Positions 1-10,200 of a DNA stretch of 64,000 nucleotides are shown here, piece after piece; within the stretch, counting starts at the first letter, position 1, and the number at the start of each line of letters is the position of its first letter. The position numbers and the translations under genes are program-made. This DNA is from Alphaproteobacteria bacterium. Its GTDB lineage: Bacteria > Pseudomonadota > Alphaproteobacteria > Micavibrionales > Micavibrionaceae. A model generated the notes under the pieces. The model saw nothing but the letters and a program-made list of their open reading frames with translations, made no database searches and was not told the origin of the DNA. The stretch is from the NCBI GenBank assembly GCA_009995045.1, contig JAACQG010000010.1:28025-92024 (forward strand). Reading direction: 5' to 3'.

Positions 1-1
1 A

Positions 2-568
2 CACGATAATATAGCAAGCTCATCCCCTGAAGCGATCAAAAACCCCACCGAATACACGCCTCAACCTGCCGACATGCTGTTAAAATTGCGCGATAATGGA
101 ACTGGGCATTACGCAACAATCATCGACGCCATCAAATCAGGGGACGGCTACACTGAATATTTAACGATTGACGGCAATATTGGAAACGACGGAGAGGGGG
201 CTGTAACAGGAAACAGATTCGCAACCTTCACAGACGAAAACACAGGCAAGTCTTATCTTGTCAATCAAGATGACCCCGAAGCACCTTATGTCGATTACTC
301 CGAAGAAATGGCCGTGATCGACATAAGCGAACTCCCTAATTATGATAAAATGCAGGCAGCGTTTAATACAAACAACACCTTCGTTCCCACACCTTCCGCC
401 GACCCAAATTTCAAACCTAATTTAGATATGCTAGCCGAAATAGAACAAGGTTTAGATGTGTTTGAAGAATACAGACAATCTCAACAACCAACGTTACCGC
501 CTTTAGACTATAACGCTGGCGTTCAAATGTCCGCTAATAATGCATTTAACACCGCACCAGGTGGATAA
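2..568 (+). CDS. 5'-truncated CDS; C-terminal part of a putative CHAP/NlpC-P60-like hydrolase with a Pro/Gln-rich tail
   Basis: Frame 2 is open from nt 2 with no stop before the first Met at 74; stop TAA at 566-568. GTGHYATIIDAI...LTIDGNIGN resembles the catalytic His and downstream GN of CHAP/NlpC-type amidases. This rests on motif memory only. Confidence 0.45.
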   Translation, partial: HDNIASSSPEAIKNPTEYTPQPADMLLKLRDNGTGHYATIIDAIKSGDGYTEYLTIDGNIGNDGEGAVTGNRFATFTDENTGKSYLVNQDDPEAPYVDYSEEMAVIDISELPNYDKMQAAFNTNNTFVPTPSADPNFKPNLDMLAEIEQGLDVFEEYRQSQQPTLPPLDYNAGVQMSANNAFNTAPGG

Positions 569-916
569 TTAAACCATACCAACGGCGGTCTTATAAAGAT
601 CAAGCAATTCATCCGCTTCGCGGCGCTTCTCGCTATCAAGCTTGCGCAAACCAACAATCTTACGCACGGTTTTGGCGTCATACCCGACACCTTTAAGCTC
701 GGCATAAATCTCTTTAATATCTTCCGCAAGCGCCGCTTTTTCTTCCTCCAAACGCTCAATACGCTCAATAAAACTACGAAGACGATCCCCCGCAACACCG
801 CCAACATCACGTGTCTCTGGCTCTTCTGGTTGCGCCGCGTCTGACGATTGAACACTGGGTTCAGCAGGCTGGAATTCTGTAACGTTTTCGGCTGTATTGG
901 ATTGAGAGTCGGACAT
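569..916 (-). CDS. gapR: DUF2312/UPF0335 nucleoid-associated protein GapR
   Basis: 115 aa. The core LRSFIERIERLEEEKAALAEDIKEIYAELKGVGYDAKTVRKIVGLRKLD...ELLDLYKTAVGM closely matches the Caulobacter GapR/DUF2312 signature. Confidence 0.9.
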   Translation of the reverse strand: MSDSQSNTAENVTEFQPAEPSVQSSDAAQPEEPETRDVGGVAGDRLRSFIERIERLEEEKAALAEDIKEIYAELKGVGYDAKTVRKIVGLRKLDSEKRREADELLDLYKTAVGMV

Positions 917-1016
917 GCAAAAAGCTCCTTAAAGGCAATGTTAATATGATTCGAATGCATGAAGTCTACATCATCACATCACCATGCCAAGCCCTATCGG
1001 ACGGAAAAGATAAAAA

Positions 1017-1715
1017 TTAACGCGTCTTAGGGCGTTTTTCTTCTGGCTCTTTATAAGCAACAACCTTACCCGACCATTGCTCAATCTGAAGACCATCAGG
1101 ATGTTCAGCGTCGATCACACGTCCAATCTGAATATTTAAAATCGCATTTTGAATGACGCCGTTTTCATTCCCCTTATACGTTTTTATATTTTTATCCAAA
1201 TAAGTCATAACAACTGGCACACGAAACAACCAACGATAGCGATTGGCAACAACCCCTTCATTCAACAAAAGCGGCTGCTCATTGACGTAACTCATAATAT
1301 TGTAACGCCCGCTTTCCATCACTTTTTGAATATTATTATCAGCAAGAAATTTCATATATTGTTGTTTTGCTGTGGCATCAAACAGCGCCGTCTTGCTGTC
1401 TATAACCGAAATGGGTGCACCCGCCTCAAAATTCATCGCCTCGCCACCAACCGTCATAATCCAACGACCAATCTCTTCTGTCAAAAGATGCGGATTTACA
1501 AGCGGCACGGCATCAACTGGCAATTGCTCCAATTTCTCTTTATCCTTCACACCACTGCCCGCCGCAAATTCCGCAACCATCTCTTTCGACGGGTCGTATT
1601 CTTCCTCTTTCAAACTGGGAAAAAAGAATTCCAAAACACCAGCATGTGCCGCGAATGAGTGAACGGCGCACGCCATTACCAAAAAAAAGCCTAATATTAA
1701 ATGGTTGCGCTGCAT
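1017..1715 (-). CDS. secreted IcmL/DotI-like domain protein (putative)
   Basis: The ORF runs to 1754, but the internal ATG at 1715 has a good SD (GAAGGGGGA 9 nt upstream) and starts a signal peptide, MQRNHLILGFFLVMACAVHSFAAHA. The C-terminal pattern FL..N.IQKV...G.Y.....V...P....EGVV.NRYRW.F.VP.VMTY...I.IGRV.....DGLQIEQW resembles the IcmL/DotI family. Confidence 0.55.
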   Translation of the reverse strand: MQRNHLILGFFLVMACAVHSFAAHAGVLEFFFPSLKEEEYDPSKEMVAEFAAGSGVKDKEKLEQLPVDAVPLVNPHLLTEEIGRWIMTVGGEAMNFEAGAPISVIDSKTALFDATAKQQYMKFLADNNIQKVMESGRYNIMSYVNEQPLLLNEGVVANRYRWLFRVPVVMTYLDKNIKTYKGNENGVIQNAILNIQIGRVIDAEHPDGLQIEQWSGKVVAYKEPEEKRPKTR

Positions 1716-1755
1716 AATGCGAAATCCCCCTTCACGGTACTTTGTTATTATCATT

Positions 1756-2358
1756 TTATAATGAAGCTTTTGATTGAACGGAATGAATAACTTTACCCAA
1801 TTTCATCACATTTTCTATGCGCCTGTCTAGGAAGCTCTTCGTTTTATCCATGTTCGTGGATGCATCATTCAACCATGCAATCGTCGTCGACGCGATAACA
1901 CCGCTCAATAAACCGCGCTTGGTGTAACGATTATAATCACGCGCATCATCCCCCGCCCAATTCCAGATCACGTCGGCGGTGCGCCACGTTATCTTCGCAG
2001 CGCGCAATTTTCGCGTCGGCCAAATCCAAAAATGCAGCGATTGATCCACCGCGTCTTTATACGAATTGAGCACCTCAAAACGTGCAAGCACCGCCACGCG
2101 AATACGATCACGAATGCGCAAATCTTCTGGATTTATATCTTGCAAAGCCATCAACATCTGACGGTCCGCCCAATCGGCAAAATGATCCATAACCCCAACC
2201 ATCTTTTCTGGAAACACACCACGCGCAACATTCTCACTATGCCCCGCTTCAACAGCGCTGGCGCAAATCATCTCCCAAGACCACCCATCAAACACAACAT
2301 TCGGAAGCGCCGCCTCTAGTATCTCATCTTGAATTTTCAAAGTTTCATCATTAAGCAT
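1756..2358 (-). CDS. COQ9-family protein (rpsU-divergently-transcribed protein type)
   Basis: The ORF begins with TTG at 2367; ATG at 2358 (MLNDETLK...) is the more likely start. Features are FDGWS, DWADRQM, RIRDRI...R, W...D and DYNRYTKRGLL, with the length typical of bacterial COQ9 homologues. Confidence 0.8.
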   Translation of the reverse strand: MLNDETLKIQDEILEAALPNVVFDGWSWEMICASAVEAGHSENVARGVFPEKMVGVMDHFADWADRQMLMALQDINPEDLRIRDRIRVAVLARFEVLNSYKDAVDQSLHFWIWPTRKLRAAKITWRTADVIWNWAGDDARDYNRYTKRGLLSGVIASTTIAWLNDASTNMDKTKSFLDRRIENVMKLGKVIHSVQSKASL

Positions 2359-2567
2359 ACAGCACAAACCCTAAATTTAACCAAATTAAAACAAATGATT
2401 AACCAATTATATCCAAAGATAAAATCATAAAAAACAATAAAATATTCACAGGGTGTACGCATTTAAAAAACATGCCATTTGCAAGATAAAATCTCAGCCT
2501 GAAAATATCCTTATTATAATAGCACTTTCCTCTGGACTTCTAAAACAAAACCGCCATTTTAAACACT

Positions 2568-3944
2568 ATGAGCGATGAAAATGAAAAAGACATTAACCCC
2601 AACACCAATATCGGCAGCCGCCTGACGCGCTACGGTAAAGTCTCAACTGCAATGGCAGGATTGGGCGCAAAGCTCATTGGCGAGAAATATCTCGGCGTGA
2701 AAATCGAACGCGAAGAACACGCTCTCGCCCTCACCCAAGCCCTCGGCAACCTAAAAGGCCCCCTCATGAAGGTCGGCCAAATCCTCGCCACAATCCCCGA
2801 GGCCTTACCACCAGAATACGCACAAGCCCTTCAACAATTGCAATCCGATGCCCCGCCAATGGGCTGGCCATTCGTACGCCGGCGCATGAAAACAGAATTA
2901 GGGCCAAATTGGCGCGAACAATTTGCCGATTTCGAACAAAACGCCGCCGCCGCCGCCAGCCTCGGCCAAGTCCACCGCGCAACCAGCCATGACGGACAAC
3001 AACTGGCCTGCAAACTCCAATACCCGGACATGCAAAGCGCCATCGACGCAGACCTCAAACAACTTAAAATCATGTTCAGCATCTACGGCCAATACGATAA
3101 ATCCATTAAAACCGAGCATATCTACGCCGAATTGTCCGAACGCCTACGCGAGGAACTCGACTATAAACGCGAAGCAAAACACACCCGCCTCTATCAATAC
3201 ATGCTCAAAGATGAAAAAGGCGTCCACATCCCCGACGTAATCGATGAGCTATCAACCGACCGCCTCCTAACCTCAACATGGCTCGACGGCAATAAAATCC
3301 TAACCTACAAAGACGCGCCCAAAGAACAACGCAACGATATCGCCATGAACATGTTCCGCGCATGGTATGTCCCGCTCTATTATTACGGCTCAATCCATGG
3401 AGACCCGCATCTCGGCAATTACACCGTGCGCGACGACAACTCCATCAACCTGCTCGATTTTGGCTGCGTGCGTGTCTTCCCACCCGATTTCGTCGGCGGC
3501 GTAATCGACCTCTACCACGCCCTTCAACGCAAAGACAACGCGCTCGCTGTCCATGCCTATGAAACATGGGGCTTTAAAAACCTCAGCAAAGATCAGATCG
3601 AAACATTAAATATATGGGCTGAATTCCTCTATTCCCCCATCCTCGAAGACAAAGTCCGCACCATCGGCCACGCTGACGGCGCAATATATGGCCGAGAAAC
3701 CGCAGAAAAAGTCCATAAAAAACTACGTGAGCTAAGCCGTGACAATGGCGGTGTATCCGTCCCCCGTGAATTCGTATTTATGGATCGCGCCGCCCTCGGT
3801 CTGGGGTCGGTATTCATCCATCTCAACGCAGAAATCAATTGGTACAAGGTGTTCAACGAAATGATCGAAGATTTCAGCGTCGAAAAAATGCGCACTCGCC
3901 AGGCCGAAGCCCTCAAAAAATTCGACATCCCCAACGATAATTAA
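2568..3944 (+). CDS. ABC1/UbiB/AarF atypical kinase family protein
   Basis: 458 aa with KVGQILATIPEALPPEY, AAASLGQVHRA, KLQYPDM, and a catalytic-loop-like HGDPHLGNY followed by LLDFG. Confidence 0.9.
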   Translation: MSDENEKDINPNTNIGSRLTRYGKVSTAMAGLGAKLIGEKYLGVKIEREEHALALTQALGNLKGPLMKVGQILATIPEALPPEYAQALQQLQSDAPPMGWPFVRRRMKTELGPNWREQFADFEQNAAAAASLGQVHRATSHDGQQLACKLQYPDMQSAIDADLKQLKIMFSIYGQYDKSIKTEHIYAELSERLREELDYKREAKHTRLYQYMLKDEKGVHIPDVIDELSTDRLLTSTWLDGNKILTYKDAPKEQRNDIAMNMFRAWYVPLYYYGSIHGDPHLGNYTVRDDNSINLLDFGCVRVFPPDFVGGVIDLYHALQRKDNALAVHAYETWGFKNLSKDQIETLNIWAEFLYSPILEDKVRTIGHADGAIYGRETAEKVHKKLRELSRDNGGVSVPREFVFMDRAALGLGSVFIHLNAEINWYKVFNEMIEDFSVEKMRTRQAEALKKFDIPNDN

Positions 3945-4010
3945 TCCACGCGGTCACCAAAACCCCATACATCCATATTCAGACATGAAAAACTTTCGAA
4001 AATAGCAACC

Positions 4011-4045
4011 GATTCGAAAGATGAATCGATTCAGTAAATTGATTC
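4011..4045. promoter_or_regulatory. cluster of four GANTC (CcrM methylation) motifs upstream of the giant-protein operon
   Basis: GATTC 4011-4015, GAATC 4023-4027, GATTC 4028-4032 and GATTC 4041-4045. GAATCGATTC (4023-4032) is a perfect 10-nt palindrome. The cluster lies about 170-200 nt upstream of ATG 4217 in an AT-rich 272-nt intergenic region. The sites are certain; a regulatory role is inferred. Confidence 0.4.
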
Positions 4046-4216
4046 CGTGAAATAAACCATCACTTTAAGGCGTATATGAAAAACAAAACCGCCTATCCCC
4101 ATAATAAAGTTCACTAATTCGGTGTAATACTAACAATTTAGTAATCTTTTTAGGTAACAATAGTGGATACAAGAAATTTTTGGGGAAACTCACATTAAAA
4201 AGGGGCATCAGCTAAT

Positions 4217-7200
4217 ATGCTGCATTTCATAAAGAACCCTCTGAGTAATAAAATAAATAAATCAAAGACTTGCCATGATAAACCTCATGCGTCAGATCCC
4301 CTAAACCACCCCTCTTCCCATCGTAAAACCGAACGTGGAAACGTCTTCTTCACCCTCTTCGGCGCGGTAGCCGTCGTCGGCATTCTCGGCGCAGGTATCA
4401 TGCAAACCATGCAAGGCCCGCTCAATACAATGGTGCAGGTCAATTTACGCGAACGCGCTAAAAGCGAAATGTCCATTCAATCAAAACTCGCCCTGCTTGA
4501 AGCAACCAATCAGGCAAATAGCGGCGACTGTGATTCTGATGGTTTTGTAGAACCCTTAGGGCATTCTGGAGCGATCGCTGGCTTAACAGGTGGCGGCTCG
4601 TTACCGACAGGCACAAAAACGGACCCTTGGGGCAATGAATATGGCTATTGTGCATGGGATGCGGGAGATACATCAGGCACATGTGGCGGCGCTTATTCCA
4701 CTTTGCTAGACGGTGACGCACCAACAGAAGCTAACAACTATTCAGTAATCGCAATCATATCCGCAGGGCCGGACGGTATTTTCCAAACAACATGTCAAGA
4801 TCATCCAACTCTTGAAACACGTGGCGGCGACGATCTTGTCGAAAACTACACATACGAAACAGCCGTTGCAGGATCAGGCGGCCTATGGAATATTAAATCA
4901 GGAACGCCAACATCCGCCGAAATCAACAAGGATGTGGATTTAAGAACCGAAAGCGATGTCTTCGGCTCGACCAGAAGCCCGCAGCTCATCCTCGGCGCAT
5001 CCTCAATCGTCCTCCCAACAGATACAACAGCTGGCATGACATGTAACAGCGCCAACCAAAACATCTTACGCGTGAATACAGCAACCGACCCCGACAGCTT
5101 GGAATTATGCCTATTAGTAGCACCTAGCACATACGGATGGAGATCTGTCGCCGCGGGTGCAACGGCATCCGCGCTTGCCGATGACGACACAACCGTAACC
5201 ACCGACGATTCCGCACCATCAATCGTATTTGCCGTAAACGGAACCGATGAACTCACAATAACCCCATCAAAACTTGAAGCAGGCTCACTAGACATTGAAA
5301 CAACAGGGACTCTAAATGCAGGCGCGGCAACATTCGGCGGCAATACAGCCGTCACCGGAACATTCGATGTCAACGGCGCAACAACATTAGACGCTCTCAC
5401 CGCATCCGGAAACACCACAATCAACGGCGCTTTTGAGGCAACAAGCGGCGCCACAATCAGCGGCGGCAGCGATCCTTCTCTCTCCGTCACGGGCAATATC
5501 GGCGCGGTCGATGTTGACCTGTCCGGCGACCTCAACCTCGGCAGCACAGAATCCGTGAACTGGGGCGATGCTTCCGTAAACATCACAGGCGACGCAACAG
5601 CAGACTCCCTCGTCTTCGCCGCAAACACTGCCAATTTCGACGCCGCAACAACAACCTTCGACGGCGCGGTATCAATCGCAAACACCGTAACCCCAACCGC
5701 CGATCCCGCACTAGATGTAACAGGAAACGTAGACGTCAGCGGTGATTTAGATGTCGACGGCTCCCTCAATCTCGGCGGCGATCAACTCTCCCTCGGCACA
5801 TTAACGGAAAACAATGCAGGCCGAATTTTAATCGGTCAATACAACGGTACAGACGCAACCACTGCATATTTCAGCTCTGAAACCGTTGGCGGCGATGCGT
5901 CACTTGGTAAAGACGGCGTGCTAACAATTATCAACGGCGCAATCGACGAGCCAAAAATGGACATCAGCAACGGCCCAACTGGCGGTGATTGTTTGAAATA
6001 TTTAAGCGGCGTCTTAACATGGCAAGCCTGTTCTGGCGGCGGCGGCGGTGATGGCGTTGGAACAGATGGCCTGCCCGACGTTCTGGCAAACGATAACAGC
6101 GCAAATAGCCTCAAAATCACAGACCTCGCAGACCCAACAGCCAACCAAGACGCCGCCACCAAAAAATACGTTGACGACTCTCTCGGCTCACTCGCCTCTG
6201 ACCGCATCCAAGATTTGGACAACAACACCTTCATCGAAGTCGACACAACCGATGATGGTTTAACGGACTCTATTGTTTTCACCACCAATGGCACGACGCG
6301 TTTGACCTTTGATAAGGTGGGCAATGCAGATTATAATGGGGGAGCAGGAGCATTCTATTTCTCCCGTAATTCAGGCGCGAATACTGCCCCGATTGTTATT
6401 CAAAACGCCTTCGGCGGTGGCGCTGGTATTACTTTTGGAAATGGGGGTAATGTCTGGGCACAGGTGCTAGGTTTACCAACGGATGACCTAGTCTTCAATA
6501 CTGATGTGACCGAACGCGCACGCTTTACTGCCGCTGGGGATCTACTGATTGGCACGAACACTGCGGCCGGATCAGCCATTTTACAAATGGACTCCACAAG
6601 TAAAGGTATTCTTATTCCACGCATGACTCTAGCCGAACGTAATGCTATCGGAACTCCCGCAAACGGTCTTGTCGTCTTCGCAACCGATGCCGGCGATGCC
6701 GGCCTCCTCCAATTCTACGACGGCACGCAATGGGTTGATGTCGGCGGCGGCGGCGCGAATACGGGCGGCCTCTGGACTGATCTCGGCGGCGACCGCATCC
6801 ATTACGGCGACGCAGGCACCGAACAAGTCGGCATCGGCACAGATAACCCCGTCACAACCCTCGACGTCAATGGCGGCATCCGTGTCGGCTCCGTCAGCGG
6901 CGCAGACGCCCCAACATACCTCTCCCTCGCTAGCCTCAGCGACACCGACGTATCAAGCGCGTCCGATGGACAATATCTGACCTACAACACGGGAAGCGGC
7001 AATTGGGAAGCTCAAAGCCTTACAGGCGCCGCAGTACCCGATGGCTCTCTCGACTGGGATAAATTCGTCGATGCCATGACCCTAGACACCACCACCACCA
7101 TCGACATGGACACAAATTCCGCCAACCTCAATTTCGACAGCGACACATTCGTAATCGACAGCGCGGATGATAGAATTGGAATTGGAACAAGCTCCCCTGC

Positions 7201-10200
7201 ACATGAGCTTCATGTCATAGGTAATATAGCAATCCCGAGAGGAAATACATATGGTGTAAACCATTTAGGAACCTACACAGATTTAATCAGCCTCGATTCA
7301 GCAAATAATCGAGTTTATGGCTCTTTAGGTTCAAACACTAGGAGTCGCATGCTAATATTAAACAATGGGCAAATGAACTTGCAAACAAATGCTCAAGATA
7401 TAATATTTAGTAGTAAAGCATTAAACACAGAAAGTGCTCGCATAACGGGCAACGGTAATATACTTGTTGGCACTACAACAGAAGACACATCCGCTTTATT
7501 AAACTTAAATAGTACAACATCCGGCTTCCTCACCCCCCGCATGAACAATACGCAACGCGATGCTATTGCATCACCTGCAACCTCATTGTTGATTTTCTCG
7601 GTCACCGATAACGAATATCAATACAACGCCGGAACACCCGCAAGTCCGAATTGGGTGCCGATGAGCGGCTCTGCCTGTGCCGATCCGACCCCCGATGCGT
7701 TTGATTTTTCAAACCTCGCAAACCAAACAATATCAAGCGTTGTCGCATCCAACATTGTTCAAATCACGGGCGTAAGCTGCGCGGTAACCGTCTCCTCCTC
7801 CGGCGATGCTTCCACCCAATTACAAAGCTGTAGCGACGCAACATGTTCAACCGTTATCCAAGGATGGTCATCAAGCGTACAAATCAATAATGGCGAATAT
7901 GTTCAAGCCCGCCTCACAACATCGTCAACCCCCGGCGCGACAAGCACAACAACCATCACAATCGGTAGCGCATCTGACTCATGGTCGGTATCAACATCCG
8001 GCGGTGATTGTAGCGTCGCCAACCCGATACCTGGAACCGTCTGTGCCGACGGCACCGTTTATGCGGGCAAAACGGTCGACGGAAACGTTAAAATGTATGT
8101 CACACGCTGTGACGAAGGAATGTCATGGAACGGCTCTGTATGCACAGGAACACGCGTATACCCCAAGTGGGCCACCAATGGCAATACTTCGGATGACAGC
8201 GGCGGCGGCGGTACAGTATCCGGTTTCACCAACACTTATACACTGAATGCGCTGGTTAACACCAACTCCCCCTTCCCAATGGCTGATCGATGCGCAACAC
8301 TCACCGCAAACGGCCATTCGGATTGGTACCTACCAGCAACACAGGAATATGTTACAATACTTGGCAATAAAGACGCGATCGGTTATTTCAACAATACTGC
8401 AACATATTTTGCATCCAACCAATCTAATGTCGTTTCTGCACTCGCTATAAGAGCGAGTGATCAGACATCTATTGCCGGAGCAAAAATTAATACGTCAGAG
8501 GTGCGCTGCGCCCGTAAAGACGGCGCCTTGCCCCCCGCTGGAACACCGGGCGGTACGGATGGACATGTCCAATATAACGAAGGCGGCAATTTAAACGGCA
8601 ATGCAAACTTCGTTTGGGATTACACCAACAATAACCTCGGCATCGGCACAGATACTCCTGCCGCTGCACTAGACGTTACGGGCAACACAGGAGAGGCGAC
8701 TATTATCGCCCGCGCTACTGACATTTCCGTGCCCTTCTTCCAGGCTTATGGAGATCTTGATGGCAATCCGAATGCCCCATTTATGAATATATCAGTAGTG
8801 AATAGTACGTCAGATCGTATTGTAGTTGATTTTGAACAAGAACGTGCCTGGCTGCAATCTCCAGAATTTCGCTTTAACTATTTAGGTAGTGATAGTAATA
8901 GCGGATCACAATTCCTTTTCACCGGAAATGCAGCAGGAAGCCGATTAATTGCAAGTGATAGAGCGCAGTCTATGGTTCAGGTTTCGGGTGGTTTCGAGCA
9001 AACCGGCACCGCCGCAATGGATGCTTTCATAATCAATCCAAGCATTTACACTACCGGAGATGGTACAACAGGTTCAGGAAATAATTTGCTGCGCGTTGCT
9101 AATACGGGTGTTGACCAGTTTGTTATCGATACTGACGGCAAGGTCGGCATTGGCACAAATGCACCGGACGCATCAGCAAGTTTAGATATTGCATCCACCA
9201 GCAGAGGCTTCCTCACCCCCCGCATGACCACAACCGAACGCGACGCCATCGCTACCCCCGCAACAGGCCTCATGGTCTATAACACCACATCAAACACATT
9301 CGATTATTATGACGGCGCCGCATGGGCATCCTTCGCATCCAGCGCAGGCACAGCAAACGCCCTCTCCGATACGGGCGACGGCAATACGTCAATCGACGTT
9401 GACACAGATAACGCCGACACCAACAACACAACGGTCTTCACCAATGCCGGTACACAAAGCATGATTATTGATGCCACAGGGGATGTCGGGATCGGCACAA
9501 TGGCAGACCCTTCAGAGGTACTCCACGTCGCAAGAACAGGACAAGACCCGACGATAAGAATTCAAAACGATGGAAGCGCCAATTCCACCGCCATCGCAAT
9601 TACAGATACTATAGCTAACAGAAATTCAACAATTCGATGGACTACTGGTGGCAACAGTGAAAGAGCAAAGATAAGTGCGTACATGGGCTCGTCTGGGGCA
9701 TCACCCAATATGTCCCTTTCAACTGGGTTTAATACTCAAAAAACATCTTTGGCCCTTAAATCCCCAGTAATTGACACTCAAAATATAGCGGCAGCGTCCA
9801 TAAGCTATACAACCGATTTACCAACATCTGGCAATGACACAGGCTTGTTAATCAGTAAAACAGATACAGCCTCTAATGGGATATCACTTCTCATCAACGC
9901 TCAGACAGACAGCACAACGCAATTCAGTGTTGATGATTCAGGCATTGGGTATTTCGCTGGTAATGTCGGCATCGGCAACGCTTCTCCCGATGTTGCCCTC
10001 GACGTCACCGGCGACATCGAATACACGGGAACCCTCACCGACGTATCCGACCGCCGCTTAAAAGACAACATCACCCCGCTCAACAAACACGGCGCGTTGA
10101 TTGACCGCATCAACCAAATCGAAACCGTCAGCTTTGTTATGAAAGACGACGCTAAAAAACGCACAGAATTCGGTGTAATCGCCCAACAATTAGAAACCAT

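Noticed and set aside
4846-5769. 307-aa minus-strand ORF, together with many similar antisense or out-of-frame ORFs inside the giant genes (e.g. 5836-6324, 6642-6980, 14357-14863, 16900-17331, 20269-20679, 21599-21922)
   Set aside because: All lie wholly inside long, motif-rich plus-strand CDS. Their translations are low-complexity (Ser/Val/Ala/Pro/Arg-rich) with no motifs. They are typical shadow ORFs of repetitive Gly/Thr/Asp-coding DNA.
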